From Camelus dromedarius (taxonomy: Eukaryota), in the NCBI RefSeq assembly GCF_036321535.1, contig NC_087437.1, positions 49,292,001-49,356,000 of the forward strand: 64,000 bases of DNA, written 5' to 3'. Below, piece by piece: positions 1 to 13,319 of the stretch. The position numbers were made by a program, and so were the translations under genes. The notes below the pieces were generated by a model that made no database searches, was not told the DNA's origin, and saw only the letters and a list, made by a program, of their open reading frames with translations. Every line of letters starts with the position of its first letter. Position 1 is the stretch's first letter.

Positions 1-960
1 AATTAATTTCACTTGCCCAAAATTTAGATTCTGAAATCAATGCTCATTATAATGATTCAGACAGACAGTACAAAGCTTCAGAGAAGTAGGACAATGCTAA
101 TGATACACTTCATACACTAGTTTCCTCTATCCTCATTTCCTCATGTTAACTTCTTCCTGCCGTTTTCTTCATTCATCAAACATTAGCTGATGCTTCCACA
201 GTGTGCAGCCACTAGGCTGGCCTGGGATACATGACTGTTGTCAAATAGTTTGGGAGACTCTGCATACTTTTTCCTCCCTGCTCTTGCATATTAGAGAATT
301 CCTGCTGTAAATAAACTTGTGTGATATTGTTAAATCCGGCATTTTCCAAACATATTTACCCACATACATATCCTTTCTTCAAGGAATATCTGTTATCCTG
401 CAGAGCACCTTTGGAAAAAGTGGATTTGACAATGACTTTTTTTTTTTTTCATATTGATATGAAATCAGTATTGATGGAATTTGCTGGTAGTGCATTTATT
501 GCCTTTTAAAATAACCATTGCTAAAGAGGTAGAGGATAAAAAACTGCTGGTAGCTTATCCATGTTCTAAAGTTTCTCTTGGAAGACTTGACCTGTTCTAA
601 AGGAAACAGAAACAATCCTGAATTTTTATGATTATAGTAGACTTTAGATAAGAATCCTAACAAATACCTCTACTTCTCTTTAGAAAAGGGCAAACTCAAC
701 CAATTCAACTACTTTGTCACAAATTTGGCTAAATGATTCAGTATAATCATCTTGATCTCTGTCCCATTGTTATTTTTTCAGTTTGTCTTTAGTTACTTTC
801 AGATTATTAAAGCAACATGTGTACTTTAAAAACACACAAATCAAACAGAAGTATGTAAAGTACACAGTAAAAACCAAAAGTGATTTTTCATTCCTGCCAT
901 GTCAGTCTCATTCCCTGAGAGTGTTTCTACGTTTCTTTCTGTATTTTTCCTATACTGTGT

Positions 961-992
961 TTACACACACACAAACACACACACACATACAT
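961..992. repeat. (CA)n microsatellite, imperfect
   Basis: Visible ACACACAC...ACATAC run. Confidence 0.9.
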
Positions 993-1829
993 AATGTATG
1001 AGGAAATAAATATGTACAATGTGTAAAATATAATGCATAAAATATATATTTTTACAAAGATGGCATCATGTATTGTTCTAAAATCCACTTTTGTGTATTA
1101 AATATATTGCCTCAGTTTTCTAAAATTCCCTGGAAATAAGGCTCTTAGGTTCCTGTGCACCTTTCACAATTTTTAGAGTTCATTCCCATGAGCTATGTAA
1201 ATAATAACACCTGGACCTAGTCTTAAAAAGAACTCACATGAGTAAATTGTTTGCCCAAATATCCAGGTACCACTTGGTTAGTTAATAAAGCCTCAGCACA
1301 TTGTTACATGGGGATGTATTCTTGTGCATTAGTTATGAGTGTGCCACACGACCTTCACAACTGTGTTCTATGCAAACACATTTCTGCAAAGCAAATACTC
1401 TTTAAATATGCTAGAAGAGATGACTATTTAAAGGAAAGCTGTCACAAATTCTATTTTACATCTAAGAATTCTATTGAAAAATAAGTAATTGCTCCCTAAT
1501 TCATGAGTCTGAGTAATTCAGGTTTTTATAAATCAAACATGTGCGTTTTGGGAAGACTTTACGAGCCTCCAAAACAACGAAATAACAGACTCTTACTCTT
1601 GCAAGATCCTTTCATTTACAAAACCATGATCAATAAGAAAGATAAAGCTAAATCTTTAAATAAAAGAGAATGTTCTTTCCGCAGTGTCCACTTCTTTCTT
1701 CCATTTTTTTCTCCTTTCATGAGATAGCAAATGGAGGATATTTTTAGTTTGTTTATACTGAACTATTACTTGGTAAGATTTACCTTTAAAACAAAATATT
1801 TATTTGAAGAGATTAGCTACCATTACATT

Positions 1830-2340
1830 TAAAAATTGTATTTACAGTGTTTTCTAAAATAAAGTGAACATGCACTTGATAAAAAATGCTCAGGCAGTAA
1901 AGAAAGAGACTCAAAGTGAAATCTCTCTCTTCAAATCTCACCCCAAACAAGCAGTACCACTCGCCAAGATAACAATGGTTAATAGCATCTTGTGTTTATC
2001 CTTTCTGAAGAAAAGCCTGTCACATGCCAAATCTATATTTTTTTCTTTATTCCTCAAATAGGATCATATCATACATGCTGTTTTGAAACTAATAATTTTA
2101 ACTTGATATATATTAGAACTCATAGAATTGGCATGAACAGATTTCACTCCTTTTAATAACATTGCATTCCTCCTTATGACTTCACTGTAATTCATTTAAC
2201 TTAGCCTTTGTCTGGGGGCACTTAGGTTGTGTCTATCTTCTTGCCAGTATAAACATTGCTACTGTGAACATTCTTATGTTTATACCTTGGTGCAGTTTCG
2301 CAAGAGTATCAGTGGATAATTCATAGCAGTGATATTACCC
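1830..2340 (-). mobile_element. Ancient LINE-1 (L1ME-like) 3' end fragment
   Basis: Degenerate antisense L1 3' motifs such as 'gggcacttaggttgtgtcta...ataaacattgctactgtgaacattctt'. Confidence 0.65.
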
Positions 2341-2389
2341 ACATAGATTAAGAGGCATGATAATACTTAAGGTTCAAAAGCATGTCAAA

Positions 2390-2570
2390 GCAAAAACTCT
2401 CTAATACTAGTGGCGGCAGTGTAAATTGGTGCAAACTTCCGAAAGGGTGGTTTGATTAAGTCTTAATGAAATTTGAAATTCACATATAGTTTTATCCAGA
2501 AATTTTGCTGTCAGAATCTAACATAATGGTATATGTCAATTATATATCAATGAAAACAAAAAAAGAAAGA
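2390..2570 (+). mobile_element. Old LINE-1 fragments: ORF2 C-terminal remnant plus a short 3' tail
   Basis: 'ggcagtgtaaattggtgcaaac' and 'tatatgtcaattatatatcaatgaaaacaaaaaa' resemble L1M 3' regions. Confidence 0.5.
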
Positions 2571-2619
2571 AATCAATCCTATCAACATATAGTATAATTG
2601 CTTTTTGTGCATAGAAACT

Positions 2620-3865
2620 CTTTGTTATTGAAGTACAGTTGATTTACAATATTATATTAGTTTCAAATGTACAGCATAGTGATTCAATATTTTTATAGAT
2701 TATACTCCATTTAAAGTTATTACAAGATAATGGCTATATTTCTCTATGCTATACAATATATCCTTGTTGCTTATTTAGTTTGTACATAGTAGTTTGTATT
2801 TCTTAATCCACTACCCTTATCTTGTCCCCCTCTCCTCTCCCCAATAGTAACCACTAGCTTGTTCTCTATATGTGTCTGTTTCTGTTTTGTTGTATACATT
2901 TGTGTTATTTTTTAGATTCCACATATAACTGATAACAGTATTTATCTTTCTCTATCTGACTTATTTCACTAAGCATAATACCCTGTAGGTACATCTACAT
3001 TGCTGCAAATGGCAGAATTTCATTTTTATGGCTGATTAATATTCCATCTTCTTTATCTATTCATCTAATGGACACTTGGGTTGTTTCCATGTCTCAACTA
3101 TTGTAAATAGTGCTGCAATGAACTTTGGGGTGCATATATCTTTTCAAGTTAGTGTTTTCATTTTTCCCAGGTATATACCTAGCAGTTGAAGTGTTAGGTC
3201 ATATAGTGGTTCTATTATTAGTTTTTTGAGGAACTCCATACTGTTTTCCATAGCAGCTGCCGAATTTACATTCCCATCAACAGTGTACAAGGGTTCCTTT
3301 TTCCCCACATCCCCGCCAACATTTGTTATTTGTAAACTTTTGATGTTAGCCATTCTGATAGGTATGAGGTGATGTCTCATTGTGGTTTGCATTTCTCCAA
3401 TAATTAGTGATGTTGAGCATCTTTTCATGTGCCTGTTAGCCATCTGTATGTGTTCTTTAGAAAAATGTCTATTCAGATCTTCTGCCCATTTTTTAATTGG
3501 GTTGTTTGTTTGTTTGTTTGTTTTTTTGATGTTGAGTTGTATGCACTGTTTATATAGTTTGGATATTAACCCTTTATCAGTCATATCATTGGCAAATATT
3601 TTCTCCCATTCAGTAGGTTGTCTTTTCATTTTGTTGATGGTTTCCTTTGGTGTGCAAAAGCTTTTAAGTTTAATTACTTCCCATTTGTTTATTTTTTCTT
3701 TTATTTCTTTTGCTTTAGGAGACAGATCCAAGAAGAATACTGCTTCAATTTATGTCAAAGAGTGTTCTGCCTATGTTTTCTTCTAGGAGTTTTGTGATTT
3801 GTGATCTTATATTTTGGTTTTTAATCCATTTTGAGTTTATTTTTGAATATGTATGAGGAAATGTT
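2620..3865 (-). mobile_element. 5'-truncated LINE-1 (artiodactyl type): 3' UTR plus ORF2 C-terminus
   Basis: ORF 3144..3731(-) has the L1 ORF2 motifs [25 protein letters not shown] and [15 protein letters not shown], followed by a typical L1 3' UTR. Confidence 0.95.
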
Positions 3866-4519
3866 ACATCGTACCATTTCTTATGGATATAACCTCATAT
3901 TACATCTGTATAGTATAGGGTTAAGAATGTTCAAACTGGAAAGGAATTTAGAAATTACCTACCCCAATTTCTGAGGTCCAAGGAACTTAAGTTACAGGGT
4001 GAACAGGTGCCCAGTAGGAGAGTGTCATAGAAGTACAGCACTAGCTGCTAGATATGCTAGAAGAGATGGGCAACTAAACACATCCTTTTCCTCTCAGACC
4101 TCTACCTCATTGACCGTAGTCACTAGATTGCTATCTCTCTTCCTTGTCGTGTCTGTTCCTATGTTGCTTTGTTAGATCTTTATCAAAGGTGTAGTTCAGG
4201 AATACCTTTTCCTGAAGATAGGTCAACTCCATATGATTGAGGGCAAGAGAGAACAGGAGAGAGACCAGGGTTAGGGAAATAAGTGAGGAGCCTGGCATTT
4301 ATTCTTTATGTAATGGGAATTAGAAAGGGTCAGAGGTCAGGGTAGTAGCCTTCGTGACCAGACAGATCCTGATGTATCATGACCTTAATCATTCCAAATA
4401 GGAAAAGCATCCACCAGTCATAGGTTTATAGAACCCACAATGTGAGTCATAGATTTCTGCACCTGGCATCAATTAACTGGTCAGTTAGCAGGTGTTTCAC
4501 CAAATGATCATTTTGTCTG

Positions 4520-5160
4520 TAGATTTCTAATACTTAACATCTGAATATGTGGTATATGTGGCCAACAGGCATATATACATATATATAGCAGGATAACAAA
4601 AGGCAATTCAAACAAACAAAAAAAAGGAGTTACTAACAAATAATGAAAGGAAATGTCTGTCCTAATTAGAAACAAAATAAAAACAAAAAGTGTTATTTTT
4701 CTGTCCAAAAAGTTAGCAAAAATAAATTTTCCTATAATACTTAATACTGTTGAAGTTTTCTAAAAATTGGGTGCTTATTGGACCAGGTCGGGGGGGCTTG
4801 TGAATACACAGTTGACAGCATAAACTTAAACACTGAAACATTTGGGGGTCAGTAATTTTACTACTAGGAATTTAGCCTGAGAACATCAGTTAGGAAAGGA
4901 AATTGCTATATACACTAGGATATTCTCAACAACTTTGTTTGTAACTAGAAAAATTGAAAGCAGCCTAAAGTCCAATCAGTGAGGAATGGTGAGTAAAACT
5001 GTGGTAGGCCAAATAGATGAAACATTAAATAGATGATAATTATCAAAGCCATGTAACTTCAGGCACAGATTAAGATATAGCCGTAAAAACAAGATGTGAA
5101 ATTGTACTCACACTGTGACTGACAAACTGAATGTATGTGTCTGCATGGATAAGTTCTAGA
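4520..5160 (+). mobile_element. Ancient LINE-1 (L1ME-like) fragment
   Basis: Degenerate L1 3' motifs 'gcagcctaaagtccaatcagtgaggaatggtgagtaaaactgtggta'. Confidence 0.5.
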
Positions 5161-5201
5161 AGGAATGCCCACACACATACACAACTTACAATGTAGACTT
5201 T

Positions 5202-5350
5202 TAAAAATATTTTTTAAATTTATTTGTTTTTAATTTTTTGGTTTGTTTTGGGGTGAGATAATTAGGTTTTTTTTTAATGGAGGTGCTGAGGATTGAACCC
5301 AGGACCGTATGCATGCTAAGCACATACTCTACCATTGAGCTATTCCCCCC
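5202..5350 (-). mobile_element. tRNA-Ala-derived camelid SINE (vic-1-like)
   Basis: The reverse complement reads GGGGGGAATAGCTCAATGGTAGAG...GCTTAGCATGC...GGGTTCAATCCTCAGCACCTCCA followed by an A-rich tail. Decayed TSD: tacaatgtagacttt (5187-5201) vs tagaaagtggacttt (5351-5365), 12/15. Confidence 0.9.
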
Positions 5351-5859
5351 TAGAAAGTGGACTTTGTGTTAGAAAGGAATATGCAGGTTTTCCCTCCATT
5401 TGTAATATTTTGATTAACAATAATAATAACAAAATTAAACAATAAAAATAACAAATCTAAAAAGGCCTATAAATATTTTCACTTCTCATAAAGTTTTCTC
5501 CTGCTTATTCTATACATATTCTTGGTTGTTCCCACCTAGGATGTGAAGAAAAGAAGAAATATGTTTTGCTCGATATATATAATTTCAGGCAGGCTCCTTC
5601 AGAATTTAAGCACAATTCCAGTGTGCTCTTTTAATTCATTTTGGAATAAGAGGACCCTAATGATGTAACAACAAAATCAAATCAAGCAAGACTTTAAAAT
5701 GGTTGCTTTTTACAGTGCGAAAAGATGTACACTCATTCAATACTTCAGCATTTCCAGTGACAGGAAGCACTAGCTCACAAAGCAGCATATTCAATTTATA
5801 AATTTCCTCTCATTCATGATATATGTATTGAGCTGATCATCTGTTTAGAATGAGCAGTC

Positions 5860-6020
5860 AGTCAGTAACAAGACTGAAAACAGAGAGCCCAGTTCAGAGG
5901 CTTTCTCATTAGTGTAGGTGAGAGACGATGAAACTTGAACTAAATCAGCACCAAGAGAGGAAAAAAGAACAACTTTTGAAACATATTTAGAAAACAGATC
6001 AACTAGACTTAATGACTAAC
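5860..6020 (-). mobile_element. L2 LINE fragment
   Basis: 'gagagcccagttcagaggct...gtaggtgagagacgatgaaacttgaacta' matches the recalled antisense L2 body. Confidence 0.6.
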
Positions 6021-6352
6021 TCCAGTCCAAATTCAAGGGGAGAGGATTAGTTTCCTCCTCTCAGTAAGAGAAGTAGAAAAAGAATTTATGGCCATCTTTA
6101 ATCTGTCACACCCTCTTTCCATGTCTTATAAATTTGTTTTAAAAAATTTTGAGCTCATCAGAAAGCCTAGAATATCTACAGTGTTTCTTCTTTTAATTTT
6201 CAAATGCTCACTTCTCCTTCAAACAGCAGACAATTTTCTTAGTTTTAAAGATTTTCTTTCCTTTTTGAATCAACCTTCTCAAAGATCTCTGTCCACAGAA
6301 TAATCCAGATCTTGATTCTTAACTTTCAAAAATCCATTTTTCTGAATGCTAA

Positions 6353-6520
6353 GCAGTGCTTCTCAAATGTTAATGTGCATACAAACCACCAGGTGATCTT
6401 GTTAAGATGCAGATTATAATTCTGTAGGTCTGGGTGGGGCCTGAGATTCAGCATTTCTAACAAGCTCCCAGATTATGCAGTGTTGCTAGTCCTCACCTCA
6501 TGCTTTGTGTTGCAAGGGTC
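6353..6520. mobile_element. MER5-family hAT-Charlie DNA transposon (MITE)
   Basis: 'cagtgcttctcaaa...gtaggtctgggtggggcctgagattcagcatttctaacaagctccca'. Confidence 0.85.
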
Positions 6521-6809
6521 TAGAGAGTCCTATCAGATTCCAACATTACTTAGCTCACTTAGCTCCATGATACTCAACCGATCAGTTCTTCCTTTGGGGA
6601 CAGAATTAAGTCCAGAATGATATTAATTTCTAGGCTTTTTCAAGCGATGTAATAGGAAATACATCACACCAATAATTTATCAAAGGCTCTATTCTTAGTG
6701 AAATATATGTCCAGATATCTAAAGTTGCCTATCATAGATACATCTTGTCAGTGTGCCTGTTCCATACTCTGTAAGATATTGATACAAATTTTATAGAGTC
6801 ACATGGCAG

Positions 6810-6950
6810 TGGTATGAAGCAGTTGTAATTATCTTCATTCTATAGATGAAGAAACAAGCTCAGAGAGGGCAGGTTAGTTGCCTCAGGTCAACCAGCTGGT
6901 ATGTAGTAAGTGCTGTCTTCCTAATCTGGATCATCAGACTCTAAACCACA
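6810..6950 (-). mobile_element. MIR SINE
   Basis: MIR core 'tatagatgaagaaacaagctcagagagggcaggttagttgcctcaggtcac'. Confidence 0.8.
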
Positions 6951-7564
6951 CAAATTTAAAAGAAAAAAAATGTCTAATTTTTTCCTAAGATAAGCACTGG
7001 TTTATCTACTAATCATACAAACCAATATCCCAAACCCAGAGCAACCCCTAAAGTCTGGGAGAATAAAACTCAAGTGAGGTCTCAGGGTATTTGGGAAAAA
7101 TAAAATTATCTGGACGTGAGATCATTCTTGATCCATTTTCTGTCACTAGCCATAGATGGAGAAATGCTCTCACCACCCCCTGGCCCCCCAAACAGCTGTA
7201 ATGACATGAGCAACTACAAGCCTCCCCCCTCCCCAGTCCCTCAAGAACAGGCTTAGGTGTAGTGCTGGCATTGTCATGTTGAAGTTCTATTGAGAGCTTT
7301 TCTTCTTTGTTGAACACTAGAAATCAGGTCTGGGGAAAAATCTGTTAAGTACTATAATTAACTTCAATTTTAATTTCTGGGTGTCTTTTTTTCTCCCAGC
7401 TGCTGCCAAGGTTCTCCTTCAGTCCCATCAGTTAGAGCAGCATTTACAAAGCTCAGGCCAGATGCCCTTGGGCAATTTTTGCGAGGTTTCAGGGCAATGT
7501 ACTTAAGTCCTTCTGGGAAACTTGGAGCCAAACTAAAATATGGATTGATTGGGGTTTTATGGTG

Positions 7565-7670
7565 TTTTTGTTTGTTTGTTTGTTTGTTTGTTTGTTTGTT
7601 TGTTTTGGTGGGGGAGATTGATTGGTTTTCTTTAAAAAAAGAAAAGAAAAGAAAAGAAAAGAAAAGAAAA
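7565..7670. repeat. (TTTG)n microsatellite followed by (GAAAA)n microsatellite
   Basis: Directly visible tandem runs at about 7565-7606 and 7635-7670. Confidence 0.9.
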
Positions 7671-8199
7671 GGTCACTAGTTTCAAGAAGCCAGTTTTTAT
7701 TTCTCAGTTTGGGGAAAACTCTTAGGATTTGGAGTTTTAATACTTCTTGATTTCCAAATTGTTTGGGTATAATACATTTAATCTTTGGCTCATTTTCTTT
7801 GTCATTTATTTATTTTTTATTATTCCTCCCTTTCCCATCACTATTACTTTTCTCTACATGTGTGCATCCGTAGCTCTGTGTCTATGTGTTCTGCTCTAAG
7901 TTGAGAGCACTGAAAGACCCAGAACATGTACTCCACTAATCTACTCCAGTGCTGCCCAAATTAAGGCCCTCACTTCTTTTAAAATCCAATTTATGTTACT
8001 TGGAAGCCACATTTCATATTATCCATTATGAAGCTCATTTACCCATGAATTAATGGTGAACCAGGTAGAACAAATGGAATAAAAGTAGAATCTATTTGAG
8101 AAGTTAGGCTTAAGGAAATAAAAAAGCCTACTGTGTAATCAACAGGAGAGAGAGAACAGGTTGAAGGCACTGCTCACTGACCCAAAAGCTACAAGGCAT

Positions 8200-8600
8200 C
8201 CAGTATTATTCTGTTGTTTACTAAGGAGTAAAAATGTGCATGGTATACTAGGTGGTCTGGGGTCTGAAAATGTACAAGACATGATTTCAGTCCTCAAGAT
8301 GCTCCTAGTAGACAGGAAGATAAGATAAAAAGCCAAGAGTAGTGCTATGGGAATGGCATAGGAAAGAGATTTCTTTCAATGTTGGTAGAGGAGACTGGGA
8401 AAAGTTCATGGAGGTGATTGCATTTGAACCAAAACTTAAAGCATGGACAGGAATTCAATGAGGAATGAATGGTAAGGATAGAGAAAGAAAATAGCTTATG
8501 CTGATATCATCCATAGAGGTGGGAAGGTGAAAGGTATAAGGGCATACACAGAGGATGTGTGATTAATTGAAAGATGTATATAAAGGACTGTAGAATTGGA
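8200..8600 (-). mobile_element. L2 LINE fragment
   Basis: 'cagtcctcaagatgctcctagtagacagga...ggaaaagttcatggaggtgattgcatttgaacc'. Confidence 0.6.
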
Positions 8601-9866
8601 AGCTAGAAAAGTAAGCCTCCCTTTTCATAACTTTACCAGTGGCATGTATTATCTAGGACCCATGCTTCTCACTTATTTTTTGTAAGCACAGTTTGTTTTC
8701 CATAAAGCCTGTTGATTAAGAATCAAAATTGAGATATTTGTATTCACTGGTAGATATAAGGAAGAGGTTTTATTTTCCTTCTTCGGCTTCATAGCAATGT
8801 GTCTCCTAAGTGTAGTCCCGTATCACTTTGCAGGCATGTCCCTAGTCTTTCAAAGTGTGGACATCTAGCCACTTAAAGATAAGTTTATGTATTATGAATA
8901 TGAGATGAGTAACACAATTTATAATCAGGAGTTAATGAAAGCAGAATGTAAGTCATTGACGTGTGTTTTTTTTTTCTTTTCTTTGCTCAGTTTACTTTTA
9001 ATTTTATTTCATTGTGTAGTTCATAAAGGATATCTCCATTTCTATTATGAGAGCAATTGAAAGATACTGATTGAAAGAATTATTTTTGAATTAATTTGAC
9101 TTGATCCTAAATTGCCATATTCTGACTTTTCTCTCGGCTCAAGTGTGAATATCTGTTTTTTTTCTGTAAGTGTTGTTAGGCTCAAATTCAGTGTGGCTAC
9201 TTTCTCAGTAATTCCAACTGGTATCATCAGATCTAGTTGTATCCATTCTCTGGGCTTCAGTTACTTCCAAAGTAATGTGGACATCACAGATTTGTAGGAA
9301 TGCCAGTCATTCTAAATAGATGCACAGTGCCTTATTCTTTAAACTTGTCTTCTTATAGTGTATGGCTTAATTATTTAATCCATTAGAAGGTTTTGAAGAA
9401 GACTTTCAACAGGATAGGAATTTAGGGCCATCCTCCAGCATCTGGAAGTTTCTTCTTGACTCTCCCACTTCAAAATCCTACTTTGGACAGCAAGAAAATT
9501 TTGCATTGTGGAAGGTTAAAAAAAAAAAAGAAAAAAGAATTATTTGAGTTTTGTTAGCTTTCCCTAGGCTTACATCTGTTATTATCTTAGGAACCAGAAA
9601 TCCTCTTTTTTAGGAAAATGTACCATCGTTATTTTGTTGGACTCATAAAACCACAGTATTTCAAATTACTCTATTGTTTAAAGTGACTATCCATATGCAT
9701 ATTGAACATATCATAGGTCACAGATAACTCTTCATTCAAACATTTACTGATAAGGGTAGCTGGATTCTGTTTTCACTTTTACTTATCTCTTTTTCAAGAT
9801 GTGAAGGCAATATAGTTTTCTCTCGCCTCCATCTGCTTCCCTCACCCCCTCTTCTTTTGCTCACAG

Positions 9867-10035
9867 CATGGAAACTAGAGTTACAGCTTAGCCTGTTTTG
9901 CTTATGGAACAGTGCCAGAAGCAGTTTTGAAGGTGTTTTAAAAATGAAGACATCTGGCAGCTGGCATACTTACAATTCATTTGCCAAAGACAAGTTGCAC
10001 GCTGCTGGAATTTTTAACTGAAGGTCACGCACCAG
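9867..10035 (+). other. Candidate non-coding (UTR, lncRNA or poison) exon, 169 nt
   Basis: Long polypyrimidine tract ending ...ttttgctcacag (9866) and donor CAG|GTAAGA (10035/10036). Stops occur in all three frames. Confidence 0.3.
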
Positions 10036-12621
10036 GTAAGAAGCAGTCAGGTGGAGCTGGTGCACAGGCAGCCACATTGAAAGACTGTGAGCTCTGTGAA
10101 GTTGGGCGGGCTACATCAGGAAGCATGCTCGCCTCCTTGTCCACCACCCTCCTTGTCTCCAGGCCTCTTTAAAAGAGGTGGGAGAAAAAAAAAATCCAAG
10201 CTGAGAAAATTGACAGTGAATCGCAAGGCTCTGACATGTCAGCAGAAGCCCTGCAAAATAGGCAAGAGGAAAGGGTGTTAAGAAATAAAAAAGATGAAAA
10301 GAGAATTTAACATAGTGTTGGATAAACATGGTTCTGTCAATTGAATGGTTCAGTTTTTCAGAAAGAAATAGCCTAAGAGATTATGGGTTTATGGCTCACC
10401 CCATCAGTGAATTACTAACAGCATGCCAACGAACGCTGTGTGATTGAAGATTTACTTGATGTTTTAGTATCAGGATGGACTTTTGGATTTTCTGTTTTAA
10501 AACATTTTCTTGTTACTGGAAGTCACTAAATTCTAGTGCCAGATCAACTGGTTTTCTAATTTTACACTTCGATTAAATGAACCTGTATTTCATGGCTTTG
10601 TTTTTGTTTTTCTGCAACAGGAATTTAACACATGAACATGGGTGATACATTATGAGATTAACAATTGACCTAACAGAGCAAGGAAGGGAAATTATCTGAC
10701 TACACTGGCAGTCTCTCTCTGACAAATTTCAGCACTTTAAAAGTAATATGGACGATATTTGACATAGAGGCAATGAGATATATGTTTAAAAAGCAAGAAT
10801 TAGGAACGACTTGTATTAGACCTTGATAAAGTTCCATGAAACGTCTGGGTTTTTTTCCTTCTGTCCTTCCAAGTCCAGACCTGTTGTCTTGAGTGTTACT
10901 GTCTGCTGTTCAAAATGTTATGCATGGGGGTATTGGTTAGTGGAGGAAGAAGGAACCAGTGTTGCAGTTACAATTCTCTTGTTGGGGGCAATTGACCCTC
11001 ACCTAACCCCAGATGGAGACAGAATTTCTCGCCCTTCAGAGGCTGCAAACCTGTGAGCTAAAGGTGCAGGATCTGGTCCAAAAATATGTGCCTTTAACTC
11101 CCTAGCAACCTGCAGAGTGTTTGTAATTTTTAAAATAAGTTGACAGGGAAGTTCACGTCTTTTAAAGTTTGGATTTCCAGTTTCTTTTTAAAAATCGAAG
11201 ATCAGGCATCACCACCCGCTCCTCATGAGAGCAGTCTTCTGGCACCAGCCCCCCGTGATGTGATGGTGAAGGCGTTCTCCAGTCACCAGGTCCTGACACC
11301 CCCATTCTTTCCCCAGGGTTGAAGGCAAATTGCTACTTCCTTGTGTCTCTGCTGTTATTTTTCCAAACTCAGAGCGAAAAAAGAGTTAAATTTTCTTATA
11401 CCTGAGTCTCTGACCAAAGTGTGGAAATAGGAACAAGTCAGAGAGACAAGTTTTTCTAATACGAAGCCCACTCCCCACAGTGATACCACCTCTCCTGCCC
11501 CTGCCGCCCTCTGTTTGTTTCCTTTCTTACATGAGGCACCTCCACTGCCCACCTCTGGTTCTTCAGGTCAAGACTCTAGGGGTTCAAGCTGCTTTCTGGT
11601 CCAGCCAGGGTCACAGAACTTGCACCCCACATCAGAACTGCTGCAACATCACACGTGAGCCTTCTTAAAGACACTGACATACAGACCATCCCTGGCTTTC
11701 ACATACTGTTAAGAGGTGGGAGGGTAGAAGGGTAGGAGGCCCAGGCACGAGGAGATGGAAGAAGGGGAACAGTAAACTGTTTGATAGCATATAGTTTAAA
11801 GTGTACTTTTTGTCATAAATTTACTCATAAACTGGTATTGCCTGTAAGAGGTTTTTCTACAATTGAGCCCTGCTTCTTTCATTGAAATTTAGTAGCTACA
11901 AAACCTGGGAATATTTTTCTTTTTTTAAAAGAGAAAACGCCATAAACACACATGGGGAAAATGGCACCTGGTAGAAATGAAGACATCTGCCAGGTGATTT
12001 TAGTGGTTGGCTATGAAAGCAATGAAGCATTAACCACTCTTTTCAGGAGTCTATCCATTTAGTGTAATTGCTCCCTGAGGAGAACTTTACAGTTCTTAGA
12101 ATTGTAAACTATGTGAAGTACTAGCAAACTCTCCCTCACGTAATCTAAAGACTCGAGAGATGAATTATAAATGCTTCAAAATGGATTTTAGAAAGAATAT
12201 TGATGATTTGTCAACTTTGCATCTTTCTTTTAAAACTTGTTTGTTTTTGTTGATGGTCAAGTACCTATCAGATGAGGCTGATCTGAACCCCTGCTATGTT
12301 ATCATTCACCTCATAAAGCTCTTAATGTGGACCTTCTAATATATGGAGCCACACCTAAGGAGTATTGTTTCATTACAGAGTATTGTATCTCTCAAATGAT
12401 CCTGCAGAACAATTTCTACAGCAACATTAGTTCTCATTCTCCTTGTGCATGATTTTAGGTCTTTTTTATTTATACAGAATTTCATTCCTGGGTTAAAGGG
12501 AAGCAAAGTATAATTTATAGACAGCAATTATAATCTCCAGTAAGAAGCATCAAAAAGGAATTGGAAAAGAGAAAAATGTAGATTATTGGAAGTAGGTGCA
12601 TTTTCAAAAAATGATTTCTGG

Positions 12622-12622
12622 C

Positions 12623-12654
<32 letters not shown>

Positions 12655-12658
12655 GTGT
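12622..12658. repeat. (TG)n microsatellite
   Basis: Visible TG run. Confidence 0.95.
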
Positions 12659-13319
12659 TAGTAACAAAGTGGCAGAGAGTTAAAATTCTTTTTAATATTC
12701 AGTTTTTTTTTAAAGTAAAGTAAAGGTACTTTGGAAATTAAATAAAATTAAATTGAGTAAGCGTGAGGAAATCTGCATAGACCATAAAAAGACAACCTAA
12801 AAATCTGAAATATGGGGCTAGTTACACATTTTTTCATAGTGGGAATATTCCTAACATTTTCTCAATAAATTTTACTGAGCGCCTACTATACATAAACTAC
12901 TCCAATTCAAATATAAGTGGAAATTATAATCAAATTTCTCAAAACCCTATTTTAATTTTGTATTAAAAATGTGGTTTATATTCATATTCATTGATAAATA
13001 TAATTCCAGACATTTGAATAATAATGAGGAGTAAACAAATTATTTCATACTCATCTTATGATTTTTTTTCTTGAGAATAGTCCAGTGGGTTGAGTAGCAT
13101 GGTGAATATTGTCTCTGCTTTGTGATTCAAAAAGGGTAAGTGACTTATCTAAGAGAATACAACAAATAAATAATTGGTAGAAGCACCTTCATGACTCAGT
13201 GCTTTGTCCAGCTCACCATACTGGAAGAGATGGTTATGTCCTTTTTGTTATTACTATTGATATTGAAATATAATGGTGAACTCTGCTGTCATGACCTAGG
13301 ACTTCAGGTTTAAATTTAC

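Noticed and set aside
3144..3786. Longest ORFs (195 aa on -, 134 aa on +) as host genes
   Set aside because: They are a decayed L1 ORF2 C-terminus and its antisense. The same applies to the ORFs at 16.5-18.5 kb and 50.7-59.6 kb, and no intact L1 ORF2 is present.
5277..5350. Functional tRNA-Ala(AGC) gene (also 44758-44819)
   Set aside because: Stem mismatches, A-rich tails and TSDs show these are SINE copies.
7565..7670. T-rich and A-rich repeats as a hairpin or terminator
   Set aside because: These are two unrelated microsatellites (TTTG and GAAAA) that are not true reverse complements.
11006..11035. Peptide TPDGDRISRP resembling a PDE4B N-terminal segment (recalled as TPEGDGISRP)
   Set aside because: Only 10 residues match, the flanks do not, a stop follows shortly, and there are no matching splice sites. 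Treated as chance.
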